From Bacillota bacterium (GTDB lineage: Bacteria; Bacillota; DTU025), in the NCBI GenBank assembly GCA_050951805.1, contig JBMNJT010000004.1, positions 106,120 to 170,119 on the forward strand: 64,000 bases of DNA, written 5' to 3'. Below, in pieces: positions 22,155 through 31,221 of this stretch. Under the pieces are notes generated by a model that was given only the letters and a program-made list of their open reading frames with translations, ran no database searches and had not been told where the DNA came from. Each line of letters begins with the position of its first letter. Within the stretch, counting starts at the first letter, position 1. Both the position numbers and the translations under genes were made by a program.

Positions 22155-23074
22155 AGGAGTTGCTCGTGATAAGCGGCAAGGGAGGCACCGGCAAGACGAG
22201 TGTAGTTGCGTCATTTGCGGCTTTGGCGGAGAACAAAGTCTTAGTCGACTGCGATGTGGATGCTGCCGACCTTCACCTCTTGCTTTCGCCAGAGGTAGTT
22301 GAATCCCATGAATTCATGGCTTCGCGACAGGCAACTGTCGATGTGAGCCGATGCACGGGGTGCGGTCATTGCAGCGAAGTGTGCCGCTTCGGCGCTATAG
22401 CCATGGCCTATGGGCATCCAACCATCGATCCGATTTCCTGTGAAGGGTGTACTGTGTGCTCCCATATTTGTCCCGAGGGTGCTATAACCATGGTCGACGT
22501 CATGTCAGGGCACTGGTACGTATCCCATACCCGGTTTGGGCCGATGGTCCATGCCAAGCTCAAGGCGGCTGAAGAGAACTCAGGGAAGCTCGTATCCCAA
22601 GTGAGGCGCAAGGCGCGGGAGATAGCCGAAAGCCAGGGGCACGAGTTGATCATTACCGACGGGCCGCCTGGGGTGGGATGCCCCGTCATATCCTCCATCT
22701 CCGGAGTGGATCTTGCCTTGATCGTAACGGAACCCACGGTGGCGGGGGTCCACGACATGGAGCGGGTCCTCGACCTTACGTGCCATTTCGGTGTAGAGTC
22801 GGCGGTATGTATCAACAAGTGCGATCTTGATGGGGCTAATGCTGAGCGCATAGAGGATTACTGTTGTGCAAGGGGAATCGAGATTGCGGGGAAGATCCCG
22901 TTCGATGAGGATATGGTAAGGGCGGTTGTAAGGGGTGAGCCGCCTGTTCTGTACGGAGATGGTGCTCCTGATTGCGCGGGCCCAGATAGCGTTGCGGGCG
23001 AAGCCGCGCAGGCTATACGCCAGCTTTGGGATAGGGTCGCTGTTCTTCTCGCGCGTGATGCGGGCTCTTTCTAG
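22151..23074 (+). CDS. MinD/ParA-superfamily P-loop ATPase with an inserted 2x[4Fe-4S] ferredoxin domain 2
   Basis: MKELLVISGKGGTGKTS, CTGCGHCSEVC, CEGCTVCSHICP. Its start overlaps the stop of the preceding paralog (ATGA). Confidence 0.8.
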   Translation: MKELLVISGKGGTGKTSVVASFAALAENKVLVDCDVDAADLHLLLSPEVVESHEFMASRQATVDVSRCTGCGHCSEVCRFGAIAMAYGHPTIDPISCEGCTVCSHICPEGAITMVDVMSGHWYVSHTRFGPMVHAKLKAAEENSGKLVSQVRRKAREIAESQGHELIITDGPPGVGCPVISSISGVDLALIVTEPTVAGVHDMERVLDLTCHFGVESAVCINKCDLDGANAERIEDYCCARGIEIAGKIPFDEDMVRAVVRGEPPVLYGDGAPDCAGPDSVAGEAAQAIRQLWDRVAVLLARDAGSF

Positions 23075-23084
23075 GAGCGGAGGC

Positions 23085-23669
23085 TTACCCGAACAGTGAA
23101 AAAAGGTAGCTGAGGATGGCTCCAACAACGGCGCCGACCACGTATTCCATGACCTTGCTTTGCCAGCTGCGCTCCTTGGCGAGGGCTGCGTCGAGCTCCT
23201 CGATCATCCTCGATTGCTCTGCTATGGCTCTTGAGAGAACCTCAATCTGGTTCGGCTGGTCTGCCAGGGCCTGCACGAGCACGCGCGAGATATCGCTTGC
23301 AGTCATGGGTTCGACAGAAGACCCGACTTGAGCATACGCGCTGCTGTCGGCGAGGACGAGACTGTCGGCTTCCTCGACAGTTATCACAGCGACGTCTTTT
23401 CCTTCAACATTTACGATTTCGAAAGAAGTTCGGGGCTTAGGCTCCAGTTTTTCGAGGGCGTCTACATACAGTCTTCGCGCCTTTTTGATGTCGGTGCCTA
23501 TGATTTCGCCTGACTCTTCTATGCCAACGAGGATCGTGCCGCCAGACGTGTTGGACAGGGCACCTATCAGCCTCGACAGGTCCTTAGGCTTCTTGGGCTT
23601 AGCTCTGAATTCAACCTTTTCATTCTGCCCCTGGGCGATGAGATCGCAAATCTTTTGAGACTTTGTCAC
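23085..23669 (-). CDS. AlbA_2 (Schlafen-like / divergent-AAA) putative DNA-binding domain protein with a C-terminal transmembrane helix
   Basis: The N-terminal region (E..KVEFRAKPKKPKDLSRLIGALSNTSGGTILVGIEESGEIIG) matches the AlbA_2 signature. The C-terminus VVGAVVGAILSYLFSLFG is hydrophobic. Confidence 0.55.
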   Translation of the reverse strand: MTKSQKICDLIAQGQNEKVEFRAKPKKPKDLSRLIGALSNTSGGTILVGIEESGEIIGTDIKKARRLYVDALEKLEPKPRTSFEIVNVEGKDVAVITVEEADSLVLADSSAYAQVGSSVEPMTASDISRVLVQALADQPNQIEVLSRAIAEQSRMIEELDAALAKERSWQSKVMEYVVGAVVGAILSYLFSLFG

Positions 23670-24852
23670 ATTAATGGCCCCCTAAGCAGCACATTGCGCC
23701 AATACCATTTCCAGTTCTGCCGTGAGCTTACTCAATTTCCAGTAAGAATGCAAGCAGTTGATTCCTGCCCCAAAGTTTGCCAGCCGCATACCGTTGGAGC
23801 GGGGCAAGGTCAACCATCTTGTCGGCCTGTCCGTATGATCCCGGCGGCACGATCATCTTCTCCCCCGGACGCCAATCTGCCGGGGTGGCCACTTTCTGCC
23901 CGTCAGAAGTGTGCACGGCGATGAGCAGGCGCTTGATCTCGTCGAGGGTAGGCCTATGTCACCCGCTGACGGCTGAATCATCCCTCACTTCTTTGCCACC
24001 TCCATCTTCAGATCGACAGATGAGCGGGAACTTGATTTTCTCTTTGATGGTTCTTGGCCAAGCGATGTGGCTGAAGAGTATGCCCACTTGTTCTCGTAGT
24101 CATTGGCGAAAGAGACTGTGCCACGGCTTCGAAGCTCGGGGCCTTCTCTTTGATAAGCGGAATCCGCACGGTCTCTTCACAACAAGTTGAATTGGCGGTT
24201 TCTCTCATATCTGCTTTTCACACAGTCTGCACACGCCACGCCATTATACATGGATTGCGTGGCGCGGCCGATCTCTTCAATGGTTGTTATCAATCCCATG
24301 TCGTCAAGAATCCACAAGGTTCGATAGACTGTAGTTCTCGTGGACGTGGTGATATATGGTTTCCGCGTCGGTGCGGTCACTCGACTCTGCTAATTCCTCA
24401 CAAGAATCACTAATATGTCTGGGGTGTCAATGGTTGCCTCCATTCTTATTGTCCCATCTGCTGTTTGTGGAAAGCACAATTGAAGAAGCTTGCTCGACTT
24501 CATGCATGCTGGTTTAGCTGCCTGATCCCGAATCGAACTCGGAAAGGTTAGAGGATTCCAGAGCTAACCTTTTTGCAATGCAGATGCTCCTCAGCCATCT
24601 CCTATTAGAACCTGAGGCGGGTATGAGACCCCTTCCATCGCGGTGATGTTCAAACTGAATCTGCTATGGCTATTGCCAGTTGGCGCCTTAATCTCAGACC
24701 GATGCAGATATGGAGGATTATGGTGATATACCTCGAAATACACGTTCATGGTCCTGGGCTTGGGCGCACAACAAAGTGCAGAGGCACCCGAGTCCATGAA
24801 CACGAATCTTAACCTTTGGGGTTAATATACGATTTGACTTGGGGGACGTAAT

Positions 24853-25097
24853 TTGCGTATAATGTTCAGGGATGAAGACCTCCAATTGGCATGCACAGAT
24901 CCTGATGTTGGCAGACGTAGATGGGGAGAATCTTGTGCAAAGGTGATCAGGCGAAGACTTGATCAGCTTCGGGCTGCAGAAACACTTGAAGACATGAGGA
25001 ATCTGTGGAATGTCCGCTGCCGCGGAAACCGGATGGAGGTTTGGACTGGACGAAAGTGAAGGAAATTGTCGTAATTGGGGTGGTGGACTACCATTGA
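24853..25097 (+). pseudogene. Decayed HigB-family (RelE/ParE superfamily, COG3549-type) toxin gene with an internal deletion and frameshift
   Basis: Frame 1 gives MRIMFRDEDL ... AKVIRRRLDQLRAAETLEDMRNL ... RGNRMEVWTGRK and then stops. A different frame (25014..25097) gives ...KEIVVIGVVDYH*, matching the canonical HigB C-terminus (...DYH). The central SIRIN..WRI segment is missing. Confidence 0.55.
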
Positions 25098-25114
25098 CTG
25101 AGAAGGGCATAGGA

Positions 25115-26203
25115 ATGTACGAGTACGTGCCAGATGTGGTATCACCGCCTGGTTCCACGCTGCTGGAGACGATTGAGGCGTTGGGGATGACTCAAGCAGA
25201 ATTGGCACGGCGAATGGGCCGTCCGGTAAAGACGATAAATGAGATTATCAATGGGAAAACCGCAATAACTCCGAAGACGGCCTTGCAGCTTGAACGCGTT
25301 TTAGGCATTCCTGCACATTTCTGGAGAAATCGTGAGGAGCAGTATCAGCAGTATCTTTTGGCCCAAAGGGACGAAAAAGAGCTGGCTGAGTATAGCTATT
25401 GGCTGGAGGAGATACCGTTCAGGTATCTTGTGACAAGTGGCTGGGTAAAGGATGGCGCGAATGATGCCGAACGAGTCAGGCTTGGCTTGGAGTATTTCGG
25501 AGTAGCGTCAGTCGATGCATGGCGCTCGACATGGGGTTCGCCGACCGCAGTTTATCGCCGGTCGCCGGTTTTTGAGGCCAAACCCGGAGCGGTGGCCGCA
25601 TGGCTGCGGAAGGGTGAGATAGAAGCAAGGACAATAGAGTGCAGCCCTTACAGGAAGAAGGCGTTTGCTTCGGCTCTTCAGGATATTCGTATTCTCACAG
25701 TGGAGCAGCCAGAGGTTTTCATTCCGAAAATGCAATCCTTGTGTGCCCAAACTGGTGTGGCAGTAGTTTTCGTGCCTGAAGTGCCCGAAAGCCGCGCATC
25801 GGGTGCTGCTCGATGGTTGAACAGACAGAAGGCCCTTATTCAGCTGAGCTTTCGCTACAAGACCGACGATCAACTTTGGTTTACATTTTTCCATGAAGCA
25901 GCCCACGTACTGGGCGGCTACCAGAGCAGTGCATTCATTGACAATTTCGAACCCAACGATCTCGCATCAGAAGTAGAGCTTGAGGCGGATCGCTTCGCTG
26001 CCGACATCCTCATGCCGCCGACTGAGTATCGCAAGTTTACCGAAGGCATTCAGGGAGGGCGAATAAGTCGGAACAAGGTTTCAGCATTTGCCAAGTCAAT
26101 CGGCGTGGCCCCGGGAATTGTTGTCGGACGTCTGCAACATGATGGGCTACTGCCGTACACTCATCTTAACGGGCTCAAAGTGCGTCTGAAATGGCCTACA
26201 TGA
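25115..26203 (+). CDS. HigA-like XRE-family HTH antitoxin fused to an ImmA/IrrE (COG2856) zinc metallopeptidase domain
   Basis: The N-terminal HTH (GMTQAELARRMGRPVKTINEIINGKTAITPKTALQLERVLG) is followed by a peptidase domain with the HExxH motif (FFHEAAHVL). Confidence 0.7.
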   Translation: MYEYVPDVVSPPGSTLLETIEALGMTQAELARRMGRPVKTINEIINGKTAITPKTALQLERVLGIPAHFWRNREEQYQQYLLAQRDEKELAEYSYWLEEIPFRYLVTSGWVKDGANDAERVRLGLEYFGVASVDAWRSTWGSPTAVYRRSPVFEAKPGAVAAWLRKGEIEARTIECSPYRKKAFASALQDIRILTVEQPEVFIPKMQSLCAQTGVAVVFVPEVPESRASGAARWLNRQKALIQLSFRYKTDDQLWFTFFHEAAHVLGGYQSSAFIDNFEPNDLASEVELEADRFAADILMPPTEYRKFTEGIQGGRISRNKVSAFAKSIGVAPGIVVGRLQHDGLLPYTHLNGLKVRLKWPT

Positions 26204-27091
26204 TTTGAGGCTTGATCCGTTTTCCGGCGTATCTGCCGATGACTAGATTGTGTCGCATCACAGCCACACCCCTGTTGGGTTTTTGACTTTCCCCTGGATC
26301 TTGAGTCTAAAGACATATTCCATGCGCCTATTGACGTCCTTGTTGGGATCCCTGACATAGCTCTGAATTGCCTAAGCACAGATTTCTGCATCCATTTTTG
26401 TTGAATGCCTGATTGCATCACAGACGGCCCGTCGTGCCATTGACCACCTGCTCGGAAAGCCCAATGTTGATGAGACGGGGCTTAACGAAGTATGCCTTTA
26501 GAGCGGGGTATTCAAGCTTAAGTTTCGTTTTGTTGATCAGGTGTCAGGGGTTTGGTCAATATACCCGTGAAAGTGGAGTGCGCTGTCCATGCAGAGCATT
26601 GCTTCGGGAATCAGCCGGAAGATGATCTTCATCTCTGAGGCCGTCTGCGGTCCACTCGTAGACCACTCTCTTTACTGCATCATGTTTGCTCATAGAAAAC
26701 ACCTCGTCAAAAGTATCCGTGGCATCTATAAACAAGCTGACACTTTTGACAAAGCAGACGGCGGCTGTGGCGTCAATGGTGAAGCGCAGGTGCAGGTTAA
26801 TAGGCTAGCCATTACGGGGGCCACGTGCTCTGTCAGGCAGACAAGTTCAGTGGATCCATATTTGAGCCCGGTTTTCTATTGTGAGGCCAATTTCTGCATT
26901 GAGAATATCCACAACAAGGGAAGTACCAGTTTGACGTTTCCGGTGGGGCAAGTCCATATTTGCGCAGGGAGCATCCTCCGCAGTCAGAGGCAGGGATAGG
27001 ATGTCAACCGAATTGGGCAGCATCACAAAAAAGGAAACCTGGGGGCAAATGAACCAGCATAGCGCCAGCGATTAGGGAGTCCGGGGCGAGG

Positions 27092-27275
27092 CATATCTGG
27101 TCAGGTTTGCGGATAGCTTCGTGGTCTGCTTCGAGCACAAGCAGGATGCAGAACGGTTTTATCGAGCGTTGGTGGAACGTATGGGGGAAATTCGGGCTGG
27201 AGCTTGCGGAGGAAAAGGTGCGCTTACTGCTCTTCGGCCGATTTGATATTCATCTCAAGCTATTGGGCTCTTGAT
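27092..27275 (+). pseudogene. Remnant of a reverse transcriptase (group II intron/retron-type; fingers-palm motif 5-7 region), frameshifted and truncated
   Basis: ...LVRFADSFVVCFEHKQDAERFYRALVERMG, then after a +1 shift KFGLELAEEKVRLLLFGRFD. This parallels the F/YxDD-...-LGLEL.PEKTRL region of bacterial RTs. FADS replaces the catalytic YADD. No upstream RT domains are present. Confidence 0.4.
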
Positions 27276-27400
27276 TCTGCGTCCACCTGGGGATGGATCT
27301 TCAGGATAAAAAACGCTTCGCCCTGGCAGTTAGCCTGGGCGAAGCGGCAGTTGCGCGAGAAATCGAGGTTCGAGTCAGTACTCATCTGACGGTTATTGGC

Positions 27401-28231
27401 TCAATAGACTAGATCCTCTACAGAATTCATGACAATGTCAGGTCGGAATTCTATCGGGTAAGCATCTGGAGCGCTCATGTCGAGGCCCTTGGAATTTCCG
27501 CTGAGCACGAGAATGGTGCTCAACCCCAATCGATTCCCGGCAAGGATATCTGTTTCAAGAGTGTCGCCTACAATGGCGCACTCCGCTGCGTCGAGCCCAC
27601 TTTGTTCCAAGGCCATTTCCAGCAACAGGGTTCCAGGTTTTCCTACGATTACGTCAGGATCGCGATTAACCATGGCCGTTATAGCTGCTACTATTGCCCC
27701 CGCTCCTGGTTCCAAGCCGTCTTGCGAGGGAACTGTTGGGTCACAATTCACGGCTACAAAACGTGCACCTGACTGGAGAACGCGCAGGGCACATGTGAGC
27801 CGAGCAAAGCTTAGATCATTATCCTTGCCGGCAATGAGGTAGTGGGCTTTTTCAGGATTTCTGGTTGAGGCATTACGCGCATCCAGGCCAGCAGCTAACG
27901 CCTCTTCCAGAAGCCCTTCAGATCCCAACACGTATGTTACGGCGCCCGGCATCTGACTTGCCACATACTTTGCTGCACATTCGCTTGCTATGAATACTTC
28001 GCTGCTGTCAACGTCCAGACCCATGTGCTTGAATATTGAAAGGCATTTCGCCTTTGAGCGCGAGCTAGTATTGGAGACAAACATGAGTTGTTTGCCTTCT
28101 CTCCTGAGCTGTTTAAGCGTATTCGCTACGCCTGGAATGGGATGGTCGCCAAGCCACAACACTCCGTCGAGGTCAAACATGAAACCTTTGATGTCTCTGA
28201 TAACGTTGTTCCTGTCAGTGATCTGTGTCAT
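27401..28231 (-). CDS. HAD-superfamily subfamily IIA hydrolase (NagD/p-nitrophenylphosphatase-like)
   Basis: Motif I FMFDLDGVLW, FVSNTSSRS, and C-terminal GDTLETDILAGNRLGLSTILVLSG (motifs III/IV). Confidence 0.75.
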   Translation of the reverse strand: MTQITDRNNVIRDIKGFMFDLDGVLWLGDHPIPGVANTLKQLRREGKQLMFVSNTSSRSKAKCLSIFKHMGLDVDSSEVFIASECAAKYVASQMPGAVTYVLGSEGLLEEALAAGLDARNASTRNPEKAHYLIAGKDNDLSFARLTCALRVLQSGARFVAVNCDPTVPSQDGLEPGAGAIVAAITAMVNRDPDVIVGKPGTLLLEMALEQSGLDAAECAIVGDTLETDILAGNRLGLSTILVLSGNSKGLDMSAPDAYPIEFRPDIVMNSVEDLVY

Positions 28232-29315
28232 CCCCAATTCTCTTCCCTGTTTCTGCATCATAGATGTTGATCTGTGAGCGGTCCAGCTCAAGCCAGACTT
28301 GCTGGTTCCCTTGGAATGACGTGCCTCTGTCGGCACGAATAACGATCTCGATTCCGTTTGAGTCGGCATATACGAGCACCGATGGACCAACTGGCAATGT
28401 TGCGTATACCACAGCTGGAATCCGACCGGGCTGATTATCGTTGCAAAGAGTCAGGCCCTCAGGCCTTATGGCTAGCACAACTTGGTCTGGCCAACCAGGT
28501 TGAGCTGGCCAAAGTACTGTATCACCTACAGCTAGGTAAGGTGAGTCTCCGTTGCGAACGACCTTTGCGTCTAGAAAGTTAGTCTGAGGGTTGCCGGTAA
28601 ACTCCGCGACGAAATGCGTGGCAGGACGTTCATATACGTCTTCTGGGGGCGAATACTGCTCAAGCTGTCCATGGTTCATCACGGCAATCTTGGTTGAAAG
28701 CGTGAGCGCCTCTTCTTGGTCGTGCGTCACGTAGACTACAGTGGTGTTTGCCTCCTGATGCATCCGTTTCAGGCTTGCTCGCATCTGCATTCTGAGTCGA
28801 GTATCCAGATTTGATAGCGGCTCATCCATCAGAAGCAGCTCGGGTTCGACTATTACCATGCGGGCTAGTGCTACGCGTTGCTGTTGGCCTCCTGAAAGCT
28901 CTGATGGATACCGATCGGCTAGGTCTTCTAACCCTACCTGCTTCAGAGTGCCAAATACCTTGGCCTCGATTTTATCGCGTGGCATTTTTTGCTGAACGAG
29001 ACCGAATGCCACGTTGTCAAAGACTGTCATATGCGGCCACAGAGCGTAAGATTGAAAGATTATCCCCAGGCCACGGGCGGCTGGAGGAAGGTTGATTCCC
29101 TGACTTGCGGAGAAAACAAGTTTCCCGTTTATGTATATGTCTCCAGCGTCGGGATCTTCGAGCCCTGCAATCATTCTGAGCGTGGTGGTCTTCCCACAGC
29201 CAGACGGTCCGAGCAAGGTAGCGAAATCCCCTTTGCCGATGTCGAAACTGAGGTTGTCCACAGCCTTTACTCCTGGCCATTCCTTGGTTACGCCGACCAG
29301 TTTGACTGCTTCCAT
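28215..29315 (-). CDS. ABC importer ATP-binding subunit (PotA/FbpC/MalK-type with a C-terminal TOBE-like domain)
   Basis: Walker A GPSGCGKTT, Q-loop, LSGGQQQRVALARM signature, Walker B LLLMDEPLSNLD and H-loop. Confidence 0.85.
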   Translation of the reverse strand: MEAVKLVGVTKEWPGVKAVDNLSFDIGKGDFATLLGPSGCGKTTTLRMIAGLEDPDAGDIYINGKLVFSASQGINLPPAARGLGIIFQSYALWPHMTVFDNVAFGLVQQKMPRDKIEAKVFGTLKQVGLEDLADRYPSELSGGQQQRVALARMVIVEPELLLMDEPLSNLDTRLRMQMRASLKRMHQEANTTVVYVTHDQEEALTLSTKIAVMNHGQLEQYSPPEDVYERPATHFVAEFTGNPQTNFLDAKVVRNGDSPYLAVGDTVLWPAQPGWPDQVVLAIRPEGLTLCNDNQPGRIPAVVYATLPVGPSVLVYADSNGIEIVIRADRGTSFQGNQQVWLELDRSQINIYDAETGKRIGDDTDH

Positions 29316-29317
29316 AT

Positions 29318-31126
29318 CTACATGCCTCCTAAGCCTTCAGCAATATCCATGTTTTGCCAAGCTTTAATCGCCCAGGTCATTAATAGTACCAGAAGGGTGA
29401 GAAGCACGGTCATGGCATTGCTGAATTGCGTGTAGCCCACTTCTATGTACCTGTAAGTAAGTGTAGTAAGCATGCGATTGGCGGGCGTAACCAGCAGTAT
29501 GTATAGACTGAGTTCGCGCATGCTGGTGATAAGGACTATGAGCGCACCAGACACAAAGCCACTCTTTGTTAGCGGAAGCATTATCCGGCGCATGCGCTCT
29601 CTCCATGACGCGCCAAGAATTACTGCTGCCTCTTCTAGCTCGTGAGATACTTGGAGCATCGATGATACGCCGGATCGCACGGTATAGGGCAATTGCTTGG
29701 CAATGGTAACGAGAACTAGTAAAGTGAATGTGCCGTAGAGTGCGGGGATCGGGCCTCGTCGCACGGCAAACAAAGTCAGGTACAGGGCTCCAAAGACTAT
29801 GCTTGGCACGAGCATCGGGGCGAATGAGATCTGCTCAAGCATGTGAGCGATCGGTGAGTTCCGCGATTTCACTACGACATAGCCAATCAGCATTCCGAAT
29901 AGGCCGCATATCAACGCTGAAATAAGTGATAAGCGGACGCTGTTCCAAGCCGCTCCCCGTACTGCTTCGTTACGGAGGATACCCGGTTCACCAGCAGCAA
30001 ACCTGGGATTGCTGGCGCCTATCCAGTAATGCGACGAGAGATTGGATATGCTGTAGTCGCCTGCGTTCAGGCAGAAACTGCTCCATACAAGGAAGCCCAG
30101 AGGGAACACGGATACCATGAACAGAAATATCAAAGTGATCACTGCTATGGGCGTATTCCACTTTCCCAGCTTTACTTTTCGCGACTTTACTCCTTTTCCC
30201 CCTATTGTGGCGTAACTGCGACGAGAGCTGATGAGCTTCTGGTTGAGATACAGGCCAGTGCTGGATATCAACAGCAGAACAATTGCTAGTATGTAAGCTT
30301 GTGCTTCTCTTTGAGTGTGAATGAGAGAGTATATCTGCGTCGATAAAGTATAGTATCTAGCAGGCAGGCCAAGGATTGCCGGAGTTCCGAAAGTGCCCAT
30401 GGAACGCGCTATGCCTAGTAATGCAGTGGAAAGCAAGGCGGGACTTACTATGGGCATGGTTATGTGACGCCCTATGAACCGTTGGTTGGCGCCGAGGATC
30501 TCTGCTGACTCTTCTAGCTGAGAATCTACAGTAGACAGAGCTCCGGATATCAATAGATAGCCAAAGGGATAGTAGTGCAAGCCCAAGGTAATCATTATGG
30601 GGATCGGACCGTAAACCAGCCACTCAGGAGCATTTTTGCCTGTGAGGAAGAAAAGTAGACCATCCGGCAATGCAACAGCACTGTTCTGGAAGATCTGTAG
30701 CCAAGACAACGACAATACCCAAGAAGGGAGGATATAAGGTACAATGGCTAAGGCGTTGATAAGCTTAGCCCACCGAATGTCAGTGCGCACTACTAGATAT
30801 GCCAGGAGAGTGCTTATAAGCAGTATGATGGCTACGGCGCCAACAGTGATTGTAAGAGTATTGAGCAATGGTTTGTAGAAAACAGATTTTGCGAAATCTC
30901 CAGTTAGCATGCGTCGCCAGTGATACAAAGTGAATTTGCCAGGCTCTACATTTTCACCCTGGATGCGAAGATCGCCAGTCCCCCATACAAAGGTTCTGCA
31001 TATGAGTGAGATGAGCGGAACTATTATTAGGTAAGCCAAAATGATCAAGAACAAGATCGATAAGATCGATTCTGGCTTACGAAGCTGATTCCATGCCTTG
31101 CGACCGTGTAATTTCACATTGTTCAT
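29318..31126 (-). CDS. ABC importer permease, fused tandem two-domain type (FbpB/AfuB-like Fe(III) or polyamine family)
   Basis: 602 aa with two sets of about six TM helices and two EAA-like loops. Located between an SBP gene and the ATPase gene. Confidence 0.75.
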   Translation of the reverse strand: MNNVKLHGRKAWNQLRKPESILSILFLIILAYLIIVPLISLICRTFVWGTGDLRIQGENVEPGKFTLYHWRRMLTGDFAKSVFYKPLLNTLTITVGAVAIILLISTLLAYLVVRTDIRWAKLINALAIVPYILPSWVLSLSWLQIFQNSAVALPDGLLFFLTGKNAPEWLVYGPIPIMITLGLHYYPFGYLLISGALSTVDSQLEESAEILGANQRFIGRHITMPIVSPALLSTALLGIARSMGTFGTPAILGLPARYYTLSTQIYSLIHTQREAQAYILAIVLLLISSTGLYLNQKLISSRRSYATIGGKGVKSRKVKLGKWNTPIAVITLIFLFMVSVFPLGFLVWSSFCLNAGDYSISNLSSHYWIGASNPRFAAGEPGILRNEAVRGAAWNSVRLSLISALICGLFGMLIGYVVVKSRNSPIAHMLEQISFAPMLVPSIVFGALYLTLFAVRRGPIPALYGTFTLLVLVTIAKQLPYTVRSGVSSMLQVSHELEEAAVILGASWRERMRRIMLPLTKSGFVSGALIVLITSMRELSLYILLVTPANRMLTTLTYRYIEVGYTQFSNAMTVLLTLLVLLMTWAIKAWQNMDIAEGLGGM

Positions 31127-31221
31127 TGGCTCAACCTCCGCCAGTGCTACATTGGCTAAGGCGGATAGTTCCCAAGACGGGCGCCTCCGCCTTAGCCTTC
31201 AGATTTCTTGGTAGTTGTCCA

